Below, in pieces: positions 37,680-49,510 of a stretch of DNA of 64,000 nucleotides. Positions within the stretch are counted from its first letter, which is position 1; every line of letters starts with the position of its first letter. The notes under the pieces are model-generated. The model was given only the letters and a program-made list of their open reading frames with translations. It had not been told where the DNA came from and did no database searches. Source of the stretch: Phoronis australis (lineage: Eukaryota > Animalia > Phoronida); NCBI GenBank assembly GCA_002633005.1, contig NMRA01000306.1, positions 423,568 through 487,567 of the forward strand. Direction: 5' to 3'. The position numbers were made by a program, and so were the translations under genes.

Positions 37680-39180
37680 GGTGGCATTCTCCCGCTTTAA
37701 CGGCTTCAATCGATCCGGCAAACGCGCTACTTTCTCGAAGTCAAACACAAATCAGGGGTGTTTGTCCGCGGCCTGCGTTTACCGTTTACGCCTAGGCCTA
37801 CTAGGTCACTTGTTCAATATTCGGCCACGAGAGAAATCCAAGAAACGATGTCAACGTTCAATAATTTTCCGAATTTCGAGTCATGCGAAAGGCCAGCCTC
37901 GGTATTTTATGTGCATTCGTTCGCCGCCGCGTAGGCGTAGTCCGCGTGCTGCGGTCGCGTGCTTCACGGAGACCTACTGAGCTCGTACTGCGAAACCACG
38001 GCGACGGGACTGTGTGAGTTCCTCATTTATTCTTCCCGTCAAAGTACTTTTATAGAGGTAAGTGGTCAACATCTCAACTTTCATTCCAGTTTCTAGTGCA
38101 GTGCCATATATACATTAATTCCACTTCATGTCCATTCTTGCAAAAAGCGAACAGAGGGGGCCATGTACATGTGCAGGGTTTTCCTTGCCTCTCGTACGCC
38201 TACAGCTATACTACAGTAGCCCTAGAGTCAAATATTCAAAAGTTTCGTGTTTCCCGTTTTAATCATGATTCATTTCGGCGTTGAGTCCTGATGTGGAACC
38301 AGTCCTGCTGTGGAGCATTATGGTCCTGAACAGTACACAATTTGCATTTTGGGTTCAAATTCAATTGTAAACGAAGACGGTCTCTAGGTTGTAAACAAGT
38401 GTTCGGGTTTTCAGGTGTTTACGGTTACTTTAGGTCAACCTTTGCCTCATTGGATTGGTACAGAATGGCATCCTACCCCTGGGCACTTTCTTTTAATGGT
38501 TAAAAGTTTTCAAGCTATCAAATTAGATTGATCACGTCTAGAATCGCCGCATTCATGTGTTCATGCGTGACACTTTCAGGTTGTTTGTTTAACATGTCAC
38601 ATAATAGTCAGTGTTCTCGTCAAGTGAAAATCCAAACCTGTCCGGAAGATCTAACTGAAGTCCACCTGGATGTCATTCTTTGTTAAGGGCAAAAAGCCCG
38701 TATGTTGCAGGTTACCCAAAACTGATGGAAGCACCGGCAAACTTGCCCTGAGTTCAGTAACGCTGAAAAGCCAGACTTCGCGAGATTACGCGAGATGTCG
38801 CCCTATATTTTAAATGAGAACGCATGATTTGGGCTAGATTTTGTGAGGTCCTAACTTTACTGAACTGTAACCTGTTGAAGTTACATGTTAAAACTGGTCG
38901 TGGAGAACACTGATGTATTAAAATGGCTCCTAAGTATATTTGATCGTTGTTTTTCTTTTCTTGTTTACAGGTACCGGTTATTACGAAAAAACAATTCAAG
39001 ATTGGAAATAATTGCTTAAAAATCTCGATTACTGGCTGAAAACTCCATCTCATATTTGGAAAATCGAGAGCAAAGAATTTTATTGGGCGAAGGTCGTTGA
39101 ACTTTTCTACCTACGAACACTGATCCCGGCTCATGAACCCAGTCGATTATCATTTGAATATCTACGTGAAACAGGGTCAG
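37680..39180 (+). other. CpG-rich candidate promoter and first spliced exons of a + strand transcript
   Basis: CpG-dense 37680-38010; donor ag|gtaagt at ~38057; exon 38971-39180 bounded by ttttcttgtttacag and cag|gtacgt; no clear product. Confidence 0.4.
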
Positions 39181-39803
39181 GTACGTTAAAAGAGGCGTGT
39201 AGTTAGATTCCGTTTGTTGGAAGATAACACAGTGTGAGACATGTGTTCCGAAAAAGCTGCTGTATTCCACATGCTAAGGCCACTGCACTTCTCTTTGCCG
39301 CGAAAAATGGACGTAATTGGGATATTCCACATCGTACGGTTCTCTGCCACTGAAACATATTTCAACCAGCTCGCCAGGTATTTTAAGGTTTGCTCTTAAA
39401 TCTTTAAAACTGTTGTTGACATCAAACCATTTTTCTTTCAGTCTCAAATTTCAAAAAACGATCTGCAACTTCGTCGATTTTTCTCCCTGAAGACAAGACA
39501 CGTCGCTTTCTTTAACTACTATGGGTTCATAATTTACGGTTTTGCTATGGACAGTTGTACTGTTAGGGGCTGTTGTTAACATGACCCTGTGGTAAACGGG
39601 TAGCAAAGTGTTTTTCTCGTCCCCGTATACAACAGGGTCATGTTAAGAACAGGATGCAGGCAATTTTCAGGACACGGTGCACTAAACGCCCACGATCTCA
39701 TCTAGAAAGGTAATGTTTTCTGTGATGAACAATTTACTATACATGTATTTCACACCAGTGCTTGTAATTCATCTGTGGTGAACGGAGCAAAACTTTCGGA
39801 AAC

Positions 39804-40608
39804 GTCAGAGCACGATTTTAAACTGATTTTTTGAAATTGTAAATTTTAAGAAACACTCAAGAGTAAAAAACAACTAATGAAATTCGTACGCGCCTACGCA
39901 TTTTTTCATAAATTATCTGATCGTCCGAAAAAGTTCAGTATAAAAGTGTGAGGTAGGATTTACATGATGTTGCTCCATCCATTGAAAACATGACAAAAAT
40001 TACTCTTGATTTCAGAATATAAACTTGTGTCCCTTTTCTCAAAACAGCTAAGACATAGAGTTAGTTTGACGACGGGCCATTAAGCAGCTAGAATACACAA
40101 GCCTAGTAATTTCATACTTAGGCGCTAATTGCCTTTGCCCGCGTATCTCGCACATTCTCTTTGTAATTGGGGTTTACCTCCGCTTGTACTGGTAGTGGAA
40201 TGAGCAGATGTGTCAGAGCACGATTTTAAACTGATTTTTTGAAATTGTAAATTTTAAGAAAAACTCAAGAGTAAAAAACAACTAATAAAATTCGTACGCG
40301 CCTACGCATTTTTTCATAAATTATCTGATAGTCCGAAAAAGTTCAGTATAAAAGTGTGAGGTAGGATTTACATGATGTTGCTCCATCCATTGAAAACATG
40401 ACAAAAATTACTCTTGATTTCAGAATATAAACTTGTGTCCCTTTTCTTAAAACAGCTAGGACATAGAGTTAGTTTGACGACGGGCCATTAAGCAGCTAGA
40501 ATACACAAGCCTAGTAATTTCATACTTAGGCGCTAATTGCCTTTGCCCGCGTATCTCGCACATTCTCTTTGCACCTCCGCTTGTACTGGTAGTGGAATGA
40601 GCAGATGT
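39804..40608. repeat. Two-copy tandem duplication, ~408-bp unit
   Basis: 39804-40211 repeated at 40212-40608 with a few SNPs and an ~11-bp indel. Confidence 0.95.
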
Positions 40609-41517
40609 GTTAGAAGGGGCATCAGTGCACCGCTGTGTCTGAGAACCTATGATATTGGGATATTGTTAACACGGTGCTGCTAGCACCTCGTTATTACTTG
40701 AGGTTTGGTTGTATAAGTCGAATTCTCATGGCGAGTCCTTTTATTCGGCGATCATTTTACCACCAGAAGCCTGTTGAATAGAGTGTGCGCCCATCATAAG
40801 TGAGTGGGAACGCTTGCCTGCAGTGAGAGTTCGCAAATGTCTGTTGACCAAAGACCTATTTACTACCTAAGCCAACACTGCGTGTATCATCTTACTCATG
40901 GAATACATTTGCCTGCGCGAAAGTAGTTCATTTCTATCATTTTGCTCGGTAGACGGCGCTTTTGTAAACATGGTGGCTCGAGATTTCTGGTTTAGGCCAC
41001 GGGCGCTTGAGTTTATCTGCTCCTCGATCGCAAATGACGTCACTCAATACTAAGAAAACATATGTTTCTTGTATAGGGTTATGAGTCTTCGGGAAATTCG
41101 AGCGCCTGTGATTTAGGCAGTAGACCTATCGCGTTTTTGAATCTAAATGTTACTGAACAACAGTTGTAAATGCCGATTCAGACCAATGTACGAACCGGGA
41201 ATCTATCCTGGACCAGCCATGCGCGCCTGCACTGTAGTACTTGCTTAAAAAGTGAGTTAAAAGGGGTCTGAATTGAAGATAAATTGGTGATTTTCGACAC
41301 ATCACTGTGACTGGCCTGCTTGGACTTCGACTTCAGAGTTCAGTCTTATCACACCTAACTACTTTGGAAACAAGTTGGATATAATGTTCCCTGGTTTAGA
41401 GAATGACGCTATCAACATGTTGTCATAACTTCAGTAGGGAAAAAATGGGAAACGAACGTCAGGACAAGGACATGGTCGAAAAAAATTGATGAATGTAACA
41501 ACTGAATAATATTCCTG

Positions 41518-43691
41518 CAGGGCTCGATACTATTAAAATCGCCAGGTCGCATGTTGCGACCTAGCCAAAATCCCAGGTCGCATTTTCAAAATCCAGCTCG
41601 CATTCGTAAATGCCAGGTCGCAAATTTTTTCCGCCATTTTTACGCGCCAAAATAGATTTTCAGATCATCGAGATTATTTTTAGATTATGCTCTTACCTGC
41701 AGCGTTAAATACTCACATATTTCGGATCTCAAAATTGACTTCATTCTTGTAGGTACGGCCTTACTGTTCTTCGCAACCGCCACTGAAAGACTCTAGAGCG
41801 CAAGGCAAGTTGCCGACGTGAAAGTTGAATCAGTGCTCTCTAAATGACTTATGCATTCGAGTAGCTAAATTTGCGATGTGAAAAGGGAGAAAATGCCCGT
41901 TGAAAAGTATCCGGGATTTTGTTAGATCTGGCCTGCTACTGGCTGTCATCAAAGTCGTTAACGATTCAAACTAACTCGGGTAATGGCGAGTTTGCTCCTC
42001 AATGCATGTACCTTCCAAGTACGGGAAAAATAGGTCAGTCACAAAACGACACGCATGTCACTAGTGTTAACTTTCTTTCCGAGGTATAAAACAAAGCCGG
42101 GTTTTTACATATTGTGAAATTTTTTTTTTGAAAACTGAAGTTGTGTCAGTAAAATGAAAGTGACACACCATATAAGGTGCGTGTCAATTTTGAACCACAC
42201 GCGGTCGTTTGTAGTGCGCTATGATGGGCGCTAGCTTGAACTGTGGGCGCTTAATTGGAAATTCTCAAAATTTAAGGGGGGACTTTTAATAGATCAGTGA
42301 GCGCTTATTATGAAACACTTTAAAGTTAGGGAGTAGGCTTGTGCGTGAGCATAGTCGTTAACCTTAGTGTTTGCGGTAATAAGATATTAAAACGCTGCAA
42401 TGGTAAGAAACGTTATAATAATACGATTTTGCGAGGCAAACTCCACGTAGTAGGTGTGACTTTCTGGATATCGTTACCACCTACATTGTACCCTTTTTAG
42501 CCACCCGGAATGATTTTGTTTTTAACTGCCCGCTTCAGCCGGAAGAAGGTTGTTTCTATAGGAGTCTGAACATTTTACGGCGACGGTGGTTCGGGGACCA
42601 AAAAGTTGCCGGGGGGGTGTATATAGAGAAGAATGAAAAGTTCGCTAACTTGAACCACAATTTCGCAGTTTAGTTGCAATAGCTGGCTACGGGCATAGAA
42701 TACAGGGTTTACAGAACATCGACCTCGGGAAACATCGGAACAGAAAACGTCAGTTCTGGGTTATATCGGTCCCGGGACATCGGGTCTTTTATAACCGCTG
42801 GGAATCTGAGTTCATTTTCAAATAAACCAGAGCCAAGCCGGTATACTCTTTTATTTAGGACTGTCGCTGTTCTTTGAAGTGGTGCGCACGCGTGAGTTCA
42901 CGCACCTGAATCGCTGGAGTAGGCCTACACTTTACGTTGGGAACAACGTGTGAAAGACAAATCATTTTTCGCACACGTAGCCCCAGAAACAAGTAAAGGG
43001 TTTTTAGAATTTCTTGGCAACTGAAAATAAAGATATGACCGTCGTTTGGCGATTAATAAGGTTGACATTTTCACATTGGCTGTCTAAATACGATAAAAAG
43101 GAGAAGCACATCTCAGTCTAAGTCACGATTGTCTGCCGGGACCGCTTGCGCGGGGCGGTGCCGCAGTGCCATATCAGGGATATTGTCGTGGATATTTGGT
43201 ACATGTAATAAGGACATCTTATGTGAAAAATAAACTTTTTTGTCCACCACAAAGTTTGGTAATTTTATCGCTTAAGAATTAGTAGAAACACCGTTGTTTT
43301 GTGAAGTTTTATCACGTGTTAAGATGTGGCCCGAAATTTTCTTCGGCTAATCCGGGAATTTACAAAAGTGGCCGAAAGTGTTAGTCAATGAAACGCGTCA
43401 AAGATCGATTCTGCATATCCCATGTTCACGCGACTTGCTTACAAGTCATTGGGAGGGCTGTTCTCGGTTAGTGTTCTTTTGAACTTGGATTTGGCAACAA
43501 CCAAATAACGGTCGGATTACCAAGAGCTGCTTTGTATTGTATATCTGTTAAGAAGTGTAAAAACTCAGCTCGCATTCGTTGGAAATTCCAGGTCGCATTT
43601 TGCGACTTGATACGAGCTGACAAAAATCTCAGCTCGCATTTCCAAATTTCAGGTCGCAAATGCGACCTGCAGCTCGTTATGTCGAGCACCG
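41518..43691. mobile_element. Non-autonomous hAT-like DNA transposon
   Basis: Termini cagggctcgata / tgtcgagcaccg; dense subterminal ca(g)(g/c)tcgca repeats at both ends; TSD degenerate (attcctg/actccta). Confidence 0.75.
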
Positions 43692-44318
43692 ACTCCTATC
43701 ATACGGTGGATTAGACAGTGACTGCCGTCTACAGACTGTAGCTAGCCCCAGTAGACAGTGAAGCTCCTCGGGGAGTTTCATACATTGATAGATTTTCGGT
43801 GACTTATGACTCACACTGATTAAAACTTCAAAGTCATGTTGTACCTCTTGCTCATAGAGGGACAACTTAGGTACCCATTGATGTCTTTAATTTCATCCAA
43901 ATCAAACAAATACACCTGTAAAGTAACTTTTTCTACAACCAGTCCTTCGTTCAGGTGCCCAAATCGTCAACTGGTCAGTTTTACACTGCGCGCCCGCCTA
44001 TTTTTACCGCGCCCGCCAGTGTCAGGCATAATTCGCCTTAAATCTTCCGGCGTATGTTACTATCAGTGGATGAAACTTGTTATCCATGTCAGGGACCATT
44101 ATATCCGAGCAGAGTCATATTTTGTAATTCTGCAACTATAGAATTTCTGCAAACGGTTAATTGAACATATTTCCCATCTACAGTACTAAAATTGATCAGC
44201 TTGATTAAATTTTTATACCCGTAAGTCAACTCACTTGAACACAGATAATTCTAGGAGGCACATCAGTCATGCTAGTAAAAATTGAAAGTCTTTGCTATTT
44301 ACGTATATTTAATTTCAG

Positions 44319-45095
44319 ATGGTGAACTATAATACTCCACTGAAAAAGGCAAAGTCAAAGACATGCATATTATGTGGCAAACTCTTATACTCTGACTCCC
44401 AGGCACACAATTTAAAAAAATTGCATTGAAGCAGAGGTACTTCGATTTTTTTAACTCGTTTACTCTCAATTCAACATTGATTTGCTGGACACTAGGCCTG
44501 TGTTTATCTGCATCTCATGCATTCCGTTTTGTTCAAAACGCACACAGCTGCAGAAATCCGCAAGAATGGATGTCAGCATTCTCATTGCTCTGTCTGAAGA
44601 TCGACAGAAACATGTTCTCATTGATTCGCCATCCGTTTCTAAGACACCAACAGGAGCAAAGAGATTGTTAAATTTTGAGTCCGAGTTAGTTGACCATCGG
44701 TATTCAGTATCAGAGGATTATCAACAATCCAAGGCTTTCCTGTCAAACGTGTCTAAAAACTCAACTGAGCAACTTGATCGGAAACTGTTGTCTAAAATCA
44801 GTACATCTTTGAATGATCTTTGCAAGACTTCAACAAAAAGTGTGCTTAGATTTCACTTGAGGGACCTGAATGACACGAAGACCCTTTTTGGAAAATTGTG
44901 AAAGAAGAGGAAATTGTCCACATGGGCTACCACTTCTGTGTGTTAATCACTTCATATTGCTGTGACTAAGAATGACTTCTCTGTAGCCATAATGTACATG
45001 TATGGGATACATGTAGATATTTGCCAAGGAGGATCAACTTTGTGCCGTACAGAGGCTATTGTCTGCTGCGTGTATTCGTCATCATGCTGGCAATG
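44319..45095 (+). pseudogene. Academ-like transposase N-terminal relic
   Basis: MVNYNTP..CILC...CISC zinc-binding pair, LCKTSTKSVLR, LCAVQRLLSAACIRHHAG; frameshifted; convergent with the helicase relic. Confidence 0.55.
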
Positions 45096-45895
45096 GTGTA
45101 TGTTTGAACATTTTCAGATGGCTCACATTTATAGCTTATAATGGTTTTTAACATATATTTTTAGCAAAGGTGACATAGTTGATGATAGCAATTAGATCGG
45201 AGATATACTACATGAGAAATTCTCCAGATTGAGACAGCCTAAATTCAGAACACAGAAATCATGGCTGAAATTTAAATTTTTCATCCTGAAATTTGAGGCA
45301 TGAGTGATTTGTATAATTTCGTATTTTTCAAATTCCTAACACTGTGTTGTACCATAACATGTTGCAAGGATACTCCTGTAAGTTCATAAAAAGTGACTCT
45401 CATGACAAACATTTAATAAATTGTTACCATTCCCCTTGAATTTCTGACAGACAATTGTGTGAATTTCTAAAAATTGGGACAAGCTCCGACTTTGATAAAA
45501 ATTATTATTAACTGTCCCAAACTAGAGAATTTTTCTGTAATTAATTTTTGAAATTCAGTGTGTAGTTAACTGTAAAACTGATGGATGGCTGTTCTTGTTT
45601 ATAAGAGGATCTGCTTTAAGAAAACGATTGTAAAAGTGATGACAGTTTATTGTTTAGTTTTTGATTTTAAGTGATGGTGTGGTAGTTTACACCAGCTTTA
45701 AAAATGTCAGTGACGAAAGGTAGAAATCATAAGTGACAACAGATATCAATAGTCCATTTCAGTTAATGACTCTGAAGCAGATAATAGTGGCAGTACCCAT
45801 GTGGTTAAAGAGTCATGACATAATGCTTTTGATTTAAAAATCTTGAGGGACTTTCCGATTTGTAAGCTATGAGTCTTTTTTCACAAGAAATGATA

Positions 45896-45898
<3 letters not shown>

Positions 45899-45952
<54 letters not shown>

Positions 45953-46013
45953 GTGTGTGTGTGTCTGTGTCCGTGTGTCTGTGTGTGTCTGTGTGTGTGT
46001 TTGTGTGTGTGTG
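45899..46013. repeat. (GT)n microsatellite
   Basis: Direct reading. Confidence 0.97.
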
Positions 46014-46429
46014 TTTTGATCAAAGGATAATATTTTATTGGTTAGACTGATACATACCAAGGGAACTTGTGACATGTGATAAAATGTTATTGTTTACATA
46101 TGTTTTGGAAAAAAATAATTGTTTAACAAGATAATGAAACGTTACAACTGTGTCTTTAGCATCTAAAGTCAATGTTTAATACAGGGTTACTTTTACATAA
46201 ACATTTAAAATGTTATAGATTTTGGATTTCCTATATAGTTAAGATTAAGAATGCATGCCTACATGAAGTTTTCTGCACATTTGTTGCTTTGATAACACTA
46301 TCACTGATGGTGTTACTCTATAAAAAATAAAAAATTAAAGGGCAATTTTGACAGTAAAATCACCCATGAAAATCAATTTTTGTACTTCAGGGTGACCTAA
46401 AAGGGCTGCTGGGTTCCTTGTTAATTCCA

Positions 46430-47330
46430 GATTGTTGTGTCTCTTGGGAGGCATTTTTATTTAGTGCATCTGCATTGAATAAATTTATGTTTTTGATAAT
46501 TTTTGGCAGCTTTCCCAGATTTCCGTAAAATTTCCAGGCTCTGATTTGGAAATTCTGGGTATTAGAAAAGGCATAAAAAATGGTGCTGTGAAATCTGTTG
46601 TGATACGAATAGATGTTATTGAAAGTATTTTTGTCTGCATTAAGCTCACCATTCGAACACAATGTGTCCTTCGTTGATTACCACAATTGCCACGTTGGAA
46701 GCTAACAAACTCCTGTTTTGGAAGCTAATTCCTTGTTTCGGTGGCGTATCATATCATCACTTGTTGATGTCAGAGCCTCAGGGTTAGCATACACTACTTG
46801 ATAATTTCCTTTAATTTTATCACTAATTGGAACACATAGGCGGATTTAGGGGGGGGGGCTTCAGGGACTGCTGCAAGCAAAATGAAGCAGCAACAGCTCG
46901 ACCTGTGAGGAACTATAACTGGGACCGGTACTGGAGAAGGGGGGGACTAAGACCCCGGATCGTGGCGGGCTCTCGTTCCAGTTTTTATATTTTTATTTTT
47001 TTTTTTAGTCGACAGATTTCCTGAACAGAAGGTTCATAGTCTGGGCCCTGCAACTTTCGGGACGCCTGTACACATACAACCGCGCTTTGCCCAATTCGCC
47101 GAGGCATGGTGTTGGCTCCCCCTTCTGCTCCCTGATCCGCCACTGGAACAGTACTACAAAACGTCACCACTAGTTTCTTCATCATCAGTATAATCATCAG
47201 TAATGTCTCGCAAAAAATTGTTGGTGTTCTGGTATTGTAATTAGTGAACAGCAAAGATCTACTAAGGTTTGGTGAACAACGGGCTAATAAGCAAACTAAT
47301 TGCAGTTCAGTGTGGGAACGTCAATAGCGC
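46430..47330 (-). pseudogene. RecQ-like SF2 helicase relic (AcademH-type)
   Basis: ISLLISPL, GNYQVVYANPEAL (46772-46809), VAIVVINEGHIVFEW|gtgag (decayed DEAH box), FYGNLGKL, ALNKNASQETQ (decayed ALTATA). Confidence 0.75.
46835..47145. mobile_element. MITE, same TIR family (similar to 2836-3132), inserted in the helicase relic
   Basis: cataggcggatttagg ... gatccgccactg; perfect TSD gaaca/gaaca. Confidence 0.88.
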
Positions 47331-49407
47331 AATTTGTTGATCTGTCAACTGTGCTTCTTCTGTTAGTTTTATTTTAATCGCAAAGTGAACCTTTTATGTT
47401 CACTTAGTGATAACTAAACCGTTTCAATGATGTTTTTCGTTTTAAAATTGCTTCAATTAATACTACAGGTACTACAATATCGTCCGCATTCGTCGCGATT
47501 CTACTCGGGGATTCCATTGACAGGGAATTCCCGGCCGAGAGTATGCATGACAAGGGAGATAAGTCTTTATTTTGATACATAAACGAGTCGACAAATTTTT
47601 TCGACGGATTCTTTCATCTACAAGAATTATAATTACGATTTTTAAGAACTTAGTCCCAACTGCTATAAAACTCATTCAAATTACAACAATGACGAAACGT
47701 TTTTCTGCGGTTTGTTTGGCGCGGATACGAAACGATATGATCTCGCGAGATCCAGCCTCATCACCAGTTTTTCGGGTATTTTGTAAATGTGATGTGCCGT
47801 GGCTAGTCGCCAACAGCGACGTCTCGTGAAAATGCCAAAGACCCTTTTGGACAGCTGACGTCACACGGCTCAGGCGCCCCTATTGGAGGTCATGAGAGTT
47901 CATGCGCATTATTCTTGAACCAGCCAGACCGGGCGAAGTGATGATTTATACTGTAGGACGTCGAATCGTTGTTTTTGTTGAAATACAATTTCCGAAAAAA
48001 GAACAATTTTTATTACCAACATGATGCTGATGTGGCGAGACCAGATACAGTGAAGCACTGCATAATCTGGTAAAATACTTATAAATCCCGTACAGTCATT
48101 AAGGACGTTTAAAATGTTTTAATAATTTTGCAGGATTTTAAAGTATTTTACCAGTTTCTGCAATGTCTCTTTGGCTCATCACAGGGCTTAGAAACCGAGA
48201 AGATTCTCAACGTCGTATTTATTATTCAATACAACTACGATTTTCCATGAACAGTCAATTTACGGTTTATCGTTCTTTGTGTATTTTTTCTTTATTATTT
48301 TCACATACATGTATATGTCCTAACAAGATTTTTCTTTGCTATTTTTACGTATATGTCCTAACAAGATTACTTGTATTTTAATTTGAATAATAAACTGCCA
48401 TATAATATGCGTTTATTTCATGTCTTGTAAAATATCAAACTATTAAACCAATGTTGAATAAGGGAAGTCACGTGAAGAACTTTGAAGCTGGATGACGACA
48501 GGGCCACCCATGAAATATACAAATGTAATTATAAGCAAATAAAAGATACTCAGAAATACGTCGAACACATCAATATAATATTAAATAAATGACATCAAGT
48601 AATATATTGTCGACGTAGGAAGACTTAACTAAACTTGAAAATAGAGTTACAAATACAGCAGTTGGCAATGGTGCAATTGAGACCATAGTCACCAAATCAA
48701 CGATTACTGAAATAATTCATTACACTAAATAGAGAACGTTTATGGAACTTGTCAAGGATACAAGGTTAGGTAAACAATTACGCAGCGAATTTGTAAACAA
48801 TTTTTAGAACAGAAGTTAATTTGTAATGGATTTCTTTGCCTAGCGTACGTACTGGTGGTGTATGCTAGAACGGGAATTAATATTGAAAGTGTTGATTACG
48901 GCAGCCATGTATAAATCTTCAATTTTAAGAATACAAGATGTCTTAAACAAGAGCTCAGAGTGAGCTTGACATCTGCAAATATTTGTTTTTCTGATAACTT
49001 TCTTCTGCAGACAAAATAATTGCTTATGCTCGATGCCCTATGCCAGTATATTACAATTTAGATTAGGCAATATCATACCGTTATTAAGTATTCTTAATAC
49101 TAAATGTAGAGTATAGTGTTTTAACCTGCTTTAAACACCAGAAACCCTATTTGACGACTTATACTATGGATGTGATTTTCCCAAGAAAACATTTCTTGAA
49201 TAATGAGGCCAAAGAAATTAAACCTTTCCCACCATGGTCATAACTGATTGAATTCGGTTACCAACACATTTGGTAAGGTATTTTAAGTATTATTTCTTCC
49301 ATTTGTACTTGTAATCATCAGTTCATCCCGGCGGTCTCCTCTGTTGTGTTGTTCTACACCAGCCTCAAGAGGTAATGGTCTCGAAAACTGGGTTCGCCTG
49401 AATATTA

Positions 49408-49510
49408 TGAAAAGTTGCGTGTGCGGAGTATGCAGTAATGGCAGTCGGATAGACAATACTTCAGTTTTTGCAGTCCCAAATGACCCCCAAGTAGCACCAA
49501 AACGTGTTAG
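49408..49510 (+). pseudogene. THAP-domain fragment (transposon-derived)
   Basis: MKSCVCGVCSNGSRIDNTSVFAVPNDPQVA fits the THAP N-terminal C-x4-C...F-x-x-P pattern; truncated. Confidence 0.45.

Noticed and set aside
45805-46075. His/Thr-rich ORFs
   Set aside because: Translation of the (CA)n microsatellite
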